Shown here in pieces: positions 12,596-25,754 of a DNA stretch of 64,000 bases (the first letter of the stretch is position 1; every line of letters starts with the position of its first letter). The notes beneath the pieces are model-generated. The model did not search any database. It had not been told where the DNA came from and was given only the letters and a program-made list of their open reading frames with translations. This DNA is from Kudoa neothunni (lineage: Eukaryota > Animalia > Cnidaria), in assembly GCA_964304625.1 (NCBI GenBank), contig OZ199839.1, forward strand, positions 8,216,560 through 8,280,559, given 5' to 3'. The translations under genes were made by a program, and so were the position numbers.

Positions 12596-14526
12596 ACTCT
12601 TGTGCGCATGCTCTCCTCTGGTTTTGTGTGCAATGAGTTCGTGCGAATACAGTGAAAGTTGCTCAGATAAGTATGATTTTGATATAAATCTTCCAATCGA
12701 CAGTCTTATTGACAAGAATGGGACATTATGGGATACTGAAGCTCCAGTATCTACCCGAACACCAGCTGAAAACACCTTGTATAATCGTTTCGGCGTTACC
12801 CCCTTCGTAAAACAAGATATTAACTAGATGGTCGATACATTTTGTACTTTCATCAATCAACAAATTTATGACATAATTATAAAATACACGAATCAATCTG
12901 GATCCCACATTTATGGTGATAAGTGGATACAACTAGAAAAAATTGAACTAGACGCATTTGTTGGTTGTTTGTTGCTGATGGATGTCCACAAAGATAACCA
13001 AGAGCCGTTAAAAGAATTGTTTAATCCTGAAGAGTGTAGAAAAATATACCGTGATTTGTTTTCTCTCAATAGATTCCGTCAAATCATGCGTACCGTTCAT
13101 TTCGATGACACAGAAACAAGAGAAATAAGGAAGGCTGCGGACAAATTTTGTCATATACGCGAGATTTGGGGAATTTGGATAGATTTACTTGCTTCAAGTT
13201 TCCGCCCATACGAGGATATTTGCATTGATGAGCAACTTGTTGCCTTTCGGGGTCGTTGTAAATTTAAACAATATATGCCCATGGAATCCGCCAAGTATGG
13301 GATAAAATTTTTCTTGTTAATGGATCCTCTATCGACGTATGTATCCAATATATGTGTATATCTGGGAATGCGTAGTGATGAAGCTGTAAGAGCTACAAAT
13401 GTAGTAAAAGAAATCGTGTTACATTTGATAGAGCCCTTTCATGGTTCGGGGAGAAATTTGGTGTGCGATAATTTTTTTACGTCCGTAGAATTGGTGGATG
13501 AATTGTTGACCAAAAAATTACAATGGTGGGAACCATGCGACCTAATAGACGAGAAATCCTGCCCTATTTGAGACCCACTAGAGCAAACATCGTGAATTCT
13601 CCTCTTTTTGTTTTTAACAACAATAAGATGATATTGCGATATTTGGCAAAGAAAAATAAGTCTGTTTATGTACTCTGTTTTTCTTCGTCAAATACAAATA
13701 TAGCCGATGAACCACCACATAAGCCTGAAGTTATAACATATAATTTATTACAACTCAGTCAAGGATGGAGTTGATACCATCGCAAGAATGTTGGCATCCT
13801 TGACTGTAAAAAGGATCACCAGAGTTGACCACTTATTGTATGTTTCAACATGTTAGACATCTCGTTGATCAATGCTTTCTGCGTTTACAAAGAAATATTT
13901 AATTCGACGAATCTGCTGAGGAGGGATTTTGTTAAAAAAATGGCCGAAGAAATGATTTCCCCCTTGATTTCTAAGAATTCCTAGCATGTGAATAATGCTC
14001 CACAAATTCAAAGAACAAGCACAATTAGGCAAAACAACCGAAATAATGGAAGATGTCGATTGTGCGAAGAAACGGCGATATAAAAACTGTCAATAGATGT
14101 GATGTTTGCTCTGGGTTTTGCAGTATAAAAAATTTTTGGCATATTTGTTGGACATGTTTCAAGAAATAACACCATTTCCTCGTTATATTTGTTTATTTTT
14201 GTGTAAATATTGCATTTATTGATGCGCGATAAATCAGTAAAAAATCTTTTGCGTTATAAGAATATTTTCAAGTTAAAAAAATAAATTTACTTCTGATAAG
14301 ACAAGCGCGTACAGCAAAAAACACTATGTACTTTATGTTTGACGCGTGCGCAAAATAGGATTACTAATAATGTTTCTTGAATTAATCGAAATCTAATCGA
14401 TAGAATTTATTATAACTATTCAAGATTATATAACTTTATATTTCAAACAATTTAGAAAAAAAATCTGGGATAGATTTTTACCCCATTTTTACTTGGAAGG
14501 TGTAAATTCTCGTGTGACTCAGAGGG
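12596..14526 (+). mobile_element. piggyBac element with pseudogenised PGBD4-like transposase (about 12600-14170)
   Basis: Catalytic motifs CIDEQLVAFRGRC, DNFFTS and GVD; C-terminal Cys-rich GRCRLC...CDVC. In-frame stop at 12825 and frameshifts near 13520 and 13740. Right end AGAGGG|TTAA at 14521-14530. Left TIR not found. Confidence 0.9.
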
Positions 14527-14998
14527 TTAATAGAGATAATAATTGCAGAGAAATTGATTCCCGTAGTAATAGCCACTGCCTTTAAATAATAAGCGCCGAT
14601 GTAATGCGTAAATTGACGTATGAAGGATAAGAATTTATTGTATACGGCAGGCTTAGCAGAGCAAAAGTAATGTGATCGAAGCATTTGAAGACTTAATTAT
14701 CAAGTGATTTTTTTCTATCCGTTTCTTATTCATTTTAATAGGTCAACGTTAAACTGCGTGGATATGATTATCATTCATTGGCTATACATTTACGCAAAGA
14801 TTAAAGTGATATTGCTATAAGGACAATCATTCACATTTGATCGACCCTATCTTATTGTTAATATAAAAATGTTGCATGTTCCATTATGTTAATTATCTTG
14901 TTATAATCGTATTTATCCAATGAACTATTGAGTTATTTTTTTGTGCTTTAATAATCCATCTTCGTCTCAATTCTGTTATTCTGATTGTCTGCCATAAA

Positions 14999-16455
14999 AT
15001 GAATCTATTGTTATTCAAGCTATTTGTTGTGCTATATTTTCCCAATATTTTGTCAGGTATGTAAACATTTTCATCCCGTTTTGATTATCTGCTAGATCCT
15101 ATATTACCCTCTTATGAAAGAGATGAGGGAGATTGGCCTATAGATGAGAATAAAAGTATGGACAATGTTATCGATAGATGGTTCATTGACATCCAAGATG
15201 CTAAATGCAAACCTCTCGAATACCGAGGCATCAAAGGAAACTATAACAATTTCGCCTCAAAAGGACTATGTGAAATGCATGGTATTTTTTAAATTAATGT
15301 AAATTTATGACCATTTCTAGTTGGGCAGTTGACAACAAAAGAAAAACTTCAAGGGTGCAAAAAACCCATGCATCCAGGACATTGTGTAAAAAATAAAAAC
15401 ACAAAACCACAGTTCTATTTTGATCAAACAAAAGCCGATTGTTTTCCTTTTCAATATAATGGATGCGGAGGAAGCTTTAATCGTTACAACGATCTAGAAG
15501 AATGCAGGTTACATTGCTTAAGTAAAAAATATGAACATTTCCAGAGAATTAAATCGTATTTTGTAGATAAAAGGAATGGTGGGCTTATAAATGCTGATGA
15601 TAACAAAATAAAACAACTTTCTAATTATACAGTTTACGAAGTTCCGAATATATTAGACTGCGAACTTAGACCTGATGTTAAAGACAAAGACCCAAGCACA
15701 ACAATTATTGCTGATAGAGATAAAAACAAGTGTGCTTATGCAGCGGTCTCGTTAGACTCAAACTCAAGAGGGATATTTGGTTCGTTTGGTGAATGTGTTA
15801 AAACATGTTTTCGTATATTTATTATTTATATAATTTTCTTATATATTTTAGCAAAGAAAGATACAGATACTGTAGGTGTAACAAGGTATAACAAGATAGC
15901 ACGTGCGTGTGAAGAAAACCCATTTCAATATACTATAGATAACGTAGACAGCCCTCAAAATGTTGTGTTCCGATATTATTATGATAAAACGGAAGAAGTT
16001 TGTAAACGAATGGAAACCGGACCAAACCGAACGGGAGTTGACTTTGATCCAACAAAAAATAATTTTCCAACTATGGAAATGTGTCATAGCTATTGTGGAG
16101 CAGGTACTTATGTTAATTCATTAACAAAGTTTAAATTATAAAGAAGTTTCATGGTTATATTTTTCCTAAAAACTATTTTGAATACGGGATAAATATAGCG
16201 AAATATAAAAAGAAAATTGTTATCGAAGAAACTTGTGTTGAACCAAAAAAGGGTGCCGCATCCAAAAACGATACATTTAAACTCAAAAGATACTACTTTA
16301 AAAAACAAGAAAATGTATGTCAACCGTTTTATTACAAAGGGTATGATGGGAACTCTAACAATTTTAAAACGGACAAAGAATGCATAGCGATTTGTGATGG
16401 TCACTACAACGAAGAACGTAAAGCTACCGTCGCTACGAATATCGAAGATGTATAA
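14999..16455 (+). CDS. Secreted multi-Kunitz/BPTI protein with 5 Kunitz-like domains; exons 14999-15056, 15096-15281, 15321-15521, 15567-15812, 15852-16103, 16199-16455
   Basis: Signal peptide MNLLLFKLFVVLYFPNILS. All introns are phase 1 with one domain per exon. Kunitz motifs include FYFD...CFPFQYNGCGGSFNRY...C...C and YYF...CQPFYYKGYDGNSNNF...C...C. Confidence 0.88.
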
Positions 16456-16809
16456 ATACCATTCATATCACATTTTACATATTGAATTTTATATATAAAA
16501 TATAACAAAACATTTGTTAAACGAAAAAACTTGAAACAAGTTATTTAGTAGATTAATAATGTTACAAGTGTACGTTTGTTGCGTTTGAAAATGCGTTTTC
16601 GTGGAATTTATTATTTCATTTCTCTTAAAACACCAATATAAGTTTCTCTATTGTGGAGGCGTTAATTTTTTCAGAATTATTAATAAAACTATAAACTATG
16701 GCGTGTTTTTCTGTAATATCACTCAGTTTCATTCTTTTCCACTGCTTAATAATTTGAAACTAAGTTAACTATCACCACAAATAAAATAATTAAAAACGAG
16801 AAAAGTTAA

Positions 16810-16860
16810 CCCTCGTAGGAACAACTGGGGTCATTTGTGACCCCAATTTCGGTAGATTGA
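16810..16860. mobile_element. Solo piggyBac-type terminus
   Basis: TTAA|CCCTCG followed by the subterminal palindrome TGGGGTCA(TTTG)TGACCCCA. Confidence 0.5.
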
Positions 16861-16980
16861 ATTACTTCGCATATTTAATTAAATGGGTGGGTGGGTTCAA
16901 AAATCCCGGATTCTTTTATTAGAGTCTGTGATTGATAATTATAAAGTTATGAAGAAAAAGTGCAATTACTGATTTAAATA

Positions 16981-18700
16981 CAGTCGAACCCAGTCTATCC
17001 GAAAATCGCGCTATCCGAATGATTTTTTAAAATTTATTTGAAAATGATGTAGATTCTAAATAAAAAAATTTCTTTTAAACGAAATTTCAGCAACCGTAAT
17101 CCGAAGCAACTTTTCAGCTCTAGGCGGATTTAGTGGTGTGCCTTTATTTACATTTGTAATGTCTGAAAAAGTTAAAAATAAGGAAATAATAAAACTAAAA
17201 TATAAATTTTTTTTAAAGTATACTAAACAGGAGTGCATAAACACTACTTTTAGTAAATTTAAGCTCCTTTCTATTACTACTCTAGATATCATCTTGATTA
17301 GGAAGAAAGATATAGTTCTATCTTATAAACTGGTTTGGCTTCTTCAGCGAGAAAAAGTTTTAAACAGTGTTCAAATAATGACATCGATACTATAGTATAT
17401 GACTAGGTGAATTATTTGAGATAAAAAATTTAGCTATCCGATCATGATATACATGAAACAAATCAATTGACAAAATAATTCAACCTAAGCGTAGTAATGA
17501 CCCATGATTATTTCGTGGTTTTAAATCACGATGTATTTTAAAAATATCACTGCGTATGGTGATGCTGCTTATGTTGACTAAAGTTTTGTAGAAAATTGGT
17601 AATCTAAATTGAATGACTAAATCAAAGGTAACAACGATGGCTGTATCAATAACCTTGAAGAAACTACACTAGTTTACTCACAAAATAGAGATCTATTATT
17701 TTTAATGCTATGTTTAGTCGAGAGAAAAAAATTTAAAAATAGTTACTGTTTTGCGATGTGCATCTACGCCTGGAGGTTGCATTGAATCTCTTGTGATTGG
17801 AAATCACAAAAACCATGTTGTTTTAAAAATGCTAAATAAAACATTTATAGTAAAATACAAATCAAACAGGAAAGAATGGATAACTAGGGAATCATTTGAG
17901 ATATATCTTCCTAATTTTAACGATGAATTCAAAACGACGTGCAAGAAAGTTTAGCTACTTCTTAATAATGCTACCTACCACGATAAAATTCATTTATAGA
18001 GTATCTCTCTTATATTACTTACAAAAAATTCAACTAGCGTTTTGCCACTATTAGACCATGGAATCATTTTCTTATTCAAATCATATTACAAAAATAATTC
18101 AATAGGAAACCATATTGCAGCAGTTAGCAATAATATAAATACATCCTCCCAAGGTATGCTTCAAACATTGTTCCTAATTATAAATAATGGGACGGTGTTT
18201 CAAAGGATATTGTATTTAACTGATTCAGAAAATATGAGTTTCCTGCAGCCGATAAATACGAGCGTTCATTAAATATTAATTTAAGCAATAAAGAATTCTC
18301 AGCTGGAAATTCCGAGATTTTTCAAGAGGAAGTCATTATGCCTACATCAAAACACTTTGACGAGCTTGCTCCTTTGATTGTTGAATCTGCGGATTCTGAA
18401 ACCGAAGATTTAAGAGCGGCAGAATTTATATCAGAAAAAGATGAATTCAAATTTTTAAACAAGAAGAATAGATATGCGATAGAGAGGAATGGATTGCCTA
18501 AACAAAATAATGGCTTAAAATGATAAAATTACGACATGTCTTTAAAAATATGAATAAAAATAACATATTATTTCAATAAAAGGAGATAAATGTATAAATT
18601 AAATTAATTTCTTTAAAATAGGCATATCTTTTTATTTTTTTGATGCATATGTTCGTTATTTATTCGGTTTAAGTTCATGTTTGATTAATCGAAATAGCGT
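16981..18700 (+). mobile_element. Degenerate pogo/Tigger (DDE_1) DNA transposon
   Basis: TA|CAGTCGAACC...TATCCG left TIR. Relic transposase LVIG...YKSNRKEWITRESF...LLLNNATYH...NSTSVLPLLDHGIIFLFKSYY is typical of TIGD/pogo. Multiple stops; right boundary approximate. Confidence 0.78.
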
Positions 18701-19408
18701 AATGTAGATAATATAGTATTTTTTTGGTTCAAAATGCAACCATATTCATGATGAACGAATAAATGTTTGGTAAAGACGAACTCCCTTATATCTTTTCGTG
18801 AGTAATAGAGTATAAAAATGGAATTTATTGGATTGTTTAATCACAAACTAGTAATGACTTCATAAGATCAATTTATCCACGGAATTGACCCAATTCAACA
18901 ATGTTCACACATCAGTTTTTTCCCATAACACCTCCACTTTTATGTCTTATTGAGTATTAACATTCATTAATAAATATTAAATTGTTGGAATATGACATAT
19001 TTCAATTAATGAGGAAATTCTAAATATCGTTATGGGGAATCCTGGGAAAATACTCCTCATTATTATTTTATTATTCTTACCATCATTATTAGTACAGTTT
19101 ACAATATCCAAATAGGGAATAAATTATGAAAAAATTAATAATGATAGTCTATTTTTTGGAAGCTAGAATGTATCATTCAGATATGGCGCAGCGGCATCAA
19201 GGTCAAACATATCGGTAATAGTGTGCGCCGACTACGATGGATCTAGAACTACTGTGCCTTAAACTAATTTTTTCACATTGTATGCACTAGTATAACTTAA
19301 ATATAGTAGAGTTTTCTTTAAAAATAAAAAACGAACATTGAATAATGAAAAATAAAGTATGTAACAAACCTACAATTCCCGTCGCACATGCGCAATTCTC
19401 GACCTTCG

Positions 19409-20458
19409 TTTAACCGAAATTTCGGTTAAAGTTCAGTTCCTCCCACCATCGGTACTAATCGGGTCACGTTTCATAACATATAAACCCAATAAAATCTAGT
19501 TTACTTTAGTTGGACGTAATTGAACAAAATATAATATGTATTATTTTAAATGTTAAAAAATTATAAAATAAGGTGTCAATTTATGTGCATAACAATATAA
19601 TATAAGTTAATATATGTTTTCATCATTAAATTTGAGAATTATATATGAACGAATATTTTGAATGGTATCAGATATTATTGATTAATTATAGATTTTATTT
19701 GTTATTTTTTAAAACAAATGATAGATAACGGTATAAAATCTAAAATAAGATTACATTTTAAAGATAAATAGTGTATTTTTTATATTTTACAACATGTTCT
19801 TTTTTAAAAAATGTATAAACTAAAACAATGTGTCGACTCATGATATTTGTATCTTAATATAATTTTAATAGTTTTTAGATGGATAAAAATCACATATCAT
19901 GCCATTTCTTTTTTAATTGTATCCTAGTGAGACTATGTTATGTAAAATAATCTCTTTTAACTTAATTTTCGGAAGATTTTATTTTATACAAAAATTTTAA
20001 TTATTTGATAAATATATATATGTATATAATCATTCTAAAAAATAATAGGTTAACACTTACCACTAATTAAAATAAACTTAACAATGCCGTAATTTACTAA
20101 AGATATTTATTCATTGACGATTGGAAAAAGACATAATTATGTAGATTTTTACAATAAAATAAAATCTACAAAATATAAATATGTTTAATTGTTCCTCAGA
20201 GAAAGTTTCATTGAGCCTCCACAGGAACAAATCATTGATGTTGGTAGCAAGTCAAGTTGCTGGAAAAAAATAATTAAATTTTCAGGATGATCCTTGAAGT
20301 AACTTAAGTTTTCAAAATTTAGGTTATCTAAATTTTCATAATTGAAGATTGCAGGAAGCATACTCCGGAAAATGTAAACAGCCGGAACCCCGATTAGTAC
20401 CGATGGCGGCTAACCGGCGGGCGCCGAAGGGGGGGACTGAATCTTAACCCGAAATTTC
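19409..20458. repeat. Inverted repeat pair (19415-19465 / 20388-20458) plus a 22-bp perfect palindrome at 19409-19430
   Basis: CCATCGGTACTAATCGGG on the left matches CCCGATTAGTACCGATGG on the right. TTTAACCGAAATTTCGGTTAAA is self-complementary. Confidence 0.8.
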
Positions 20459-20599
20459 AATATCCGAAAGGAATATGCCAGGCCCCAACATTTTCAGATA
20501 AACGGGATTCGGGCTAAAGTAAAGTATAATGACATTTTCGGTGCAAATCGGAAGTTGTCGCGAATTGACCAGAAATATGCGTTTGTCTTCCTTATTTAC

Positions 20600-21250
20600 T
20601 GGCGATTGGTTTCTAGAAGCTGTTTTTAAGTTTGAAAATTGTAATAAAAATTTATCGAATTGTACGACATGTGGAGTTGATTCCTAAAACGAGGGATTGT
20701 GGCCAATGTCATCAAGTTATGGCATTGAAACAATTTAACATAATGGATGACCATGCGTTTCGATCTTATCAATGAAGGAAACGAGTTTAAACTAAGATAG
20801 GATACTTTTTTATGACGCTAAATTGTCATGATAATGAAACAAACAAAAATATCGTCACAAGAAATCATACGTGGATGGAAAACTACATAAGAGAAATTTA
20901 TATGGGATATTTCATTATTCACGGGTCCCCTATTGATGGTGATGTGACTGAGAAAATAAATGAATCTCAAGTTTGTAAACGAAAATGTCATCGTGGGAGG
21001 GTCTACATAAACCAGAATATTACGATCGTGGTCTGGATTAATTCTAATGCCAATTTTTCTATTTCCTTGCTGAGAAGCGCATGCAAGTCATTCTTGAAGA
21101 GATAATAACTCAAAATTGGAGTAGAAATAACTCCGTGGACGGACACATGACCTTCTTATCGTAATTTAACCCACTTATTTTATGTTAACGGCTGCACGAA
21201 ATACAGCATTAAGTTTGAGACTGTCAAATATGTGCACATAACTCGAATAG
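20600..21250 (+). pseudogene. Merlin / ISXO2 (IS1595-like) transposase relic
   Basis: PIDGDVTEKINESQVCKRKCHRGRV resembles IGG.G..VEIDES...KRKY.RGR. Downstream TDT*PSYRNL resembles the (S/T)D.W..Y motif. Confidence 0.7.
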
Positions 21251-21779
21251 AGGCCATTTACATTGTCCTATTTTGTGCGTTTTACTTAGCCCCGGGATTC
21301 GACTGTATTCTACTTTTAAGAAGCGGTGTGCTCGCTACTTCATTTAAATGTAGTTGTTACGCATTGATATCAAACTAATAAATATTATAAACAAAGCTAA
21401 TGACATTAATTTTGATTAAAAAGTGTTAGAGCATTATTAGAAGCGTATTAAAAGCATTTTTTGGTTTCGCGCCGATGAACTCCATTCAGATATGGTGATT
21501 ATCCAGAGATTATCGTTTAGAAGATTTCAACAAGCAATGAAATGAAGGACGACATACATCGAATTTTTACTTTAAATAAAAAAGAAGAGTCAATAATATC
21601 CGTTATTAGCTTTAAAATATATATATTCTTTATTGAAAATATGTTTCATAGTCTTCACAGCTAAATAATTATAAGTTAGTTGGGAAGGGCTCCCTCTGCT
21701 TAATAAACAAAGATCAAATTATAATCTACCGTTGCATACATGTATTATCGTCATCTCCTTGGAAATGTTATAACTTAGT

Positions 21780-23464
21780 TACAAGTTATAACATAGTGGC
21801 ATCTCTCTATTTAAGACATATCCATTAATATACGAATAAAATGGATTGTTGTCTACATCCGGCAAATGGCGCATTTCTTTTTTTTATCTGAGGAAGATTT
21901 TATGCATGGTTTTTGACACATGGGCGCATTTTTTGTCTGCTAAGAAGATACCTTTGACCAATCGGAATATTTCCTTTTATGTTAATTATTAAATTGGCTA
22001 CGATTGTACTAATATGGGTTAGAAAATCAATCTTTGATGAACTTCCCATATATGATAACCTCCAAGAATTTACCACAACCATAGATAACATATTGGTAAA
22101 AAGTGGTCAATATCACTTTTTGGATCTAAATTTTATCCGATAGCAAGCTATTGAGCAATCCGCAATATCTACTCCCCCATATGTCTATTGTACATGTATA
22201 CATTAAAGGGTTGATCAATTGTGCGATATGTTTTTTTGAATTTACAATTCATGTTGACTTTATTAGTTGGATATGGACCAAAGCAATTGGACTTAACAAA
22301 TACGGATTTTGTATCATTCCAATGTGATAATAAAATATTCGAAGATTAATAACAAAATGTTCATTTGTGCCTGGGAGTTTTTTTCCTTTAAGCGTTTCGG
22401 CGTTATAGGATATTTGGAAATTCTATTATCACGGATTGTTCCAGTTGCTTTAATGTTGTTTTTGGATAATTTATCAAATAATTTGAATGATGAAAAGAAA
22501 TTATCGAAGAATAGTTTCACACCGCTTATTTTTTTTAGATCACAATCATTAACAAAATTTTGATCCACACTCCTCCCAAGTCCCAATTGTTTATTTTTAC
22601 GTTTCTGACTTGTCGGAGTAAATAGAAAAACTATAAACATATCCACTTGAAGATGCCATTTTCCGCTTTGTAAAGCCACAGGTAAAGCCATAGCGGACGG
22701 GTCTACCTTTCATGTACATCTTACAAGAGTGATAGCCTGTATAGGGTACCATCTGCTCATCGATAGAAATATTCTTGGTAAATATTCCAAATTTTGTGAA
22801 GTTTTTGTTGAGTTTTTCAATCAGAGGTCGTAATTTGAACATTTTATCATCGTGGTAAACTTTAGAATTATCATTAAAGTGCAGATACTTTTTAATGTTT
22901 TTAAATTGCTGATAGGTCATTGTCCTTTTCAGCATTTCTACTCCTGAATCAATGCTGTTTTCCCAATACATATATTGGCATGGTAACATACCGTAACCTG
23001 AAATCAACAATATGCTCAGAAAAGCCTTGAGTTGGTTAACAGTTAAATTGTTAAATTGAAGGTGTGGTCGTTTTTCTGTGGAGCATATAAATCGGTTTGT
23101 TTAATAATCATTAATATTATGCTTTTATCTAAAAGTTCTTGAAAATAAACGAAGGATGATCATTAAAAATTCCATTGTTTGTATCATTGCGGAATGGATT
23201 CCAGGTACAATCTTCACTATCATTACCATCAGCGGGTTGGGAATCTTCATTTAGTACCTCAATTTCACCATAAATATCAAGAATATTGGTTATATTAGTA
23301 TCCATGACCGAATTTGGTATTACATTAGCCTCCTCACCGGTTAATTCATCCACATTTTCCGGAGGAAGAGTAATAAAATCTACAGAAGCAATCTCTTCAT
23401 TATCACAAAGCTCATTAACAGCGTCAAATAATTTATTGTAGAGAATTGTTAAATCTGAAAACAA
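21780..23464 (-). pseudogene. piggyBac transposase pseudogene (PGBD2/PGBD3-like)
   Basis: ISIDEQMVPYTGYHSCKMYMKGRPVRYGF, LFFDNFFSS, ATGTIRDNR and MGGVDIAD; acidic N-terminus with LPPENVDELT. Split across frames. Confidence 0.88.
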
Positions 23465-23717
23465 TCAACTTATCAACTTTTAATTAGAAATTCCCACGTG
23501 GAAGGTTTTGCGTTCCCATTTCAGCACATGCTCCGTTTGGCACTATCTTTTTTTCTTTGTAACTTTATAATTCAAAAATAAGCGAATCAGGTTTTAATGA
23601 ATATTTTCTATCATAGAACTGACTCTTTAATAATTTGATTGTTAAATCATTATTTTATTTCTCTATTAGTGTTAGTTGACTCGAATAGATTAAACAGCAG
23701 TCTAGCTTATCTTATCT

Positions 23718-23990
23718 TCTATATATATAAAAACATTATGTCTGTTTGGAGAAATTTTAAGACAGATAACGCCACTAGAGCCATATTTACAAGAGATGTA
23801 GCATAACCAAATTATTTAGGATGTATTTTCACTTTTCACGCGTTATGGATATAGTTAAGAAAAAAAGATTATGATCATTTTAAATAAAACACATAATTTG
23901 AGGTTATGAGTTGTTGCCACGTTGGGATAATTTTGGTCTCTATACCCATTCTAAAAACGATGTAAGGATGTGTGCAGCGTTCAACCTATA
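23718..23990 (+). mobile_element. Helitron-like 5' fragment (family of 9070-9688)
   Basis: TCTATATATATAAAAAC start and similarity to the reverse complement of 9080-9220. Confidence 0.5.
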
Positions 23991-24231
23991 AATTTATCTT
24001 TTGAAAGATAAATTTCTGATCGACTTACATTTGCCCTTTTCACAAATGAATAGTCAATTAACTTTACCTCAGTAAAAAGTTTATTAATTCTTATGTTGTC
24101 ATAAGAGAAACATTAAAATTCTCAATTAAAAAAATATATCCGCCTCAGTTTATTAGAGTACATGAAAACAAAATTGCGACAATATAACAACAACCGAAAA
24201 CAAAATAAACTAAGTCACAAATTAATTCGTC

Positions 24232-25754
24232 TTAAAGATGGGTTTTCAGTTCTCCAGATTCATGAAGTTGCTACGGAAATGAATATACTATTACAAACAA
24301 GAAAAATGCAATCACTTTAACGATGTCATAACCACCCAAAAGTTCTCCTCTAACGTAAAGTTGTGGGTAGGTTGGCCAATCCGAATACACTTTAAGATCA
24401 GCTCTCACCTTTAAAATGAGAATGGTCACCAACTTGTAAAAATAAAAACTACTTTTTCATCGGAAAGAATATCAAAATAACCAAAATCAATGCTTGGAAA
24501 CAATAATTAACAAATAATAGAAACTACTGAAAGTACTTGTAGGATTTTAAAATCGAAACAACCGATTTACTAAAACCACAAAATGGTTGTTCCGGTGTGC
24601 CTTTCATAAATAACATTATTGGAGCTTTGTCTATGAGAGTTTTAAGCCTAAGTAAATAAATTCTATATAAACGCATTGTGAATGATGTAAACCTTTGATT
24701 TCCATCGTTTCCGCTCTCAACTTCATTGACACCAATAGCTTCTTGAATCATACTACGTAAATCTCCTTGATCGTCCATTTGAGCAACAATATCAGATCCA
24801 CCAATCATTTCGCCTTTAATATACAATTGGGGGAATGATGGCCATTTAGATATTATTTTTATTCCTTTATGATTATAGAAAAAATAATCACCAATTGTCG
24901 AACCACAATACAAAAAAACAACAAACTTTCTCTAACGTCCATATCGGTGAGCACATCAAATGTGGAATAGTTAGTGGTGTATTTGTTTAGCGTGGCAACA
25001 ATTTTTTTGCTAAATTTACAATAGGGTTCCGATTTGGAACCTTTCATAAAAAGCATAATATTATCCGAATTGATCAATCGATCAATTCTCTCATCTAAAG
25101 AGGTGTCCTTTTGGGCGGATTTCGAAGGGCTGTCAGAAATCAACTGTTCGGTCATAACATTTGAAAAGGTTTCAAAATCGTTAAGAATATCCTTAGGATT
25201 GAATCCTTGAACGTTGGAAACTATTTTCCCATCCTGCCATATTGTGTATAAAAATTTCTGCGTCACACTTCGTTGGTACTTACTTTCATAAAAATTGTAG
25301 TAGGAACCAGCTTGATATTATATTTGTTGATTATTTCGGTATTTGACGCGTTACATTCAATCTAATATGAAAATCTCTATACGAAAAAACTAATTATGAA
25401 TCACTAGAAGTAGCTTATTCTCTGATTTTTCCTTGTTGGAAGCCATATGTTTAATTGTACTTTCTAACGCCTCACATTCTTGTGACCATTTAGTGAAGAA
25501 ATACAATATGTTCAAAACACTAATTAAATAGGTGAAATAAATATTCGTTTCTTGTATGGAGAAATTATCAATATTTATGGGTGGGCATTACAACAAATTT
25601 GATAGGCGTTGAATTTTAGTAGTAGATAGTTAGAAAAATAAAACTTAATAACACTTTAAAAGGATAATATATACTTTTGGTTAGATTTTTTAATTTCTTC
25701 ATTCAGTTGCTCAAACGAAGTTATCGTTATACCACACCCAATCAAGCTCGCCAT
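24232..25754 (-). CDS. GLRX3: Glutaredoxin-3 / PICOT (Trx-like domain + 2 monothiol Grx domains), multi-exon
   Basis: ATG at 25754. Trx-like FFTKWSQEC; Grx1 [16 protein letters not shown]...[18 protein letters not shown]; Grx2 [16 protein letters not shown]...[18 protein letters not shown]; stop at 24232-24234. Confidence 0.93.

Noticed and set aside
12825-12827. In-frame TAG in the piggyBac transposase suggesting readthrough or an alternative genetic code
   Set aside because: The same element has frameshifts and other stops, and host genes terminate normally with TAA/TGA.
21292-21307. GGGATTCGACTG|TA as the right TIR of the Tigger element at 16981
   Set aside because: Only about 8-10 bp match the left TIR and it is 4.3 kb away; it may belong to another pogo copy. 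Undecidable here.
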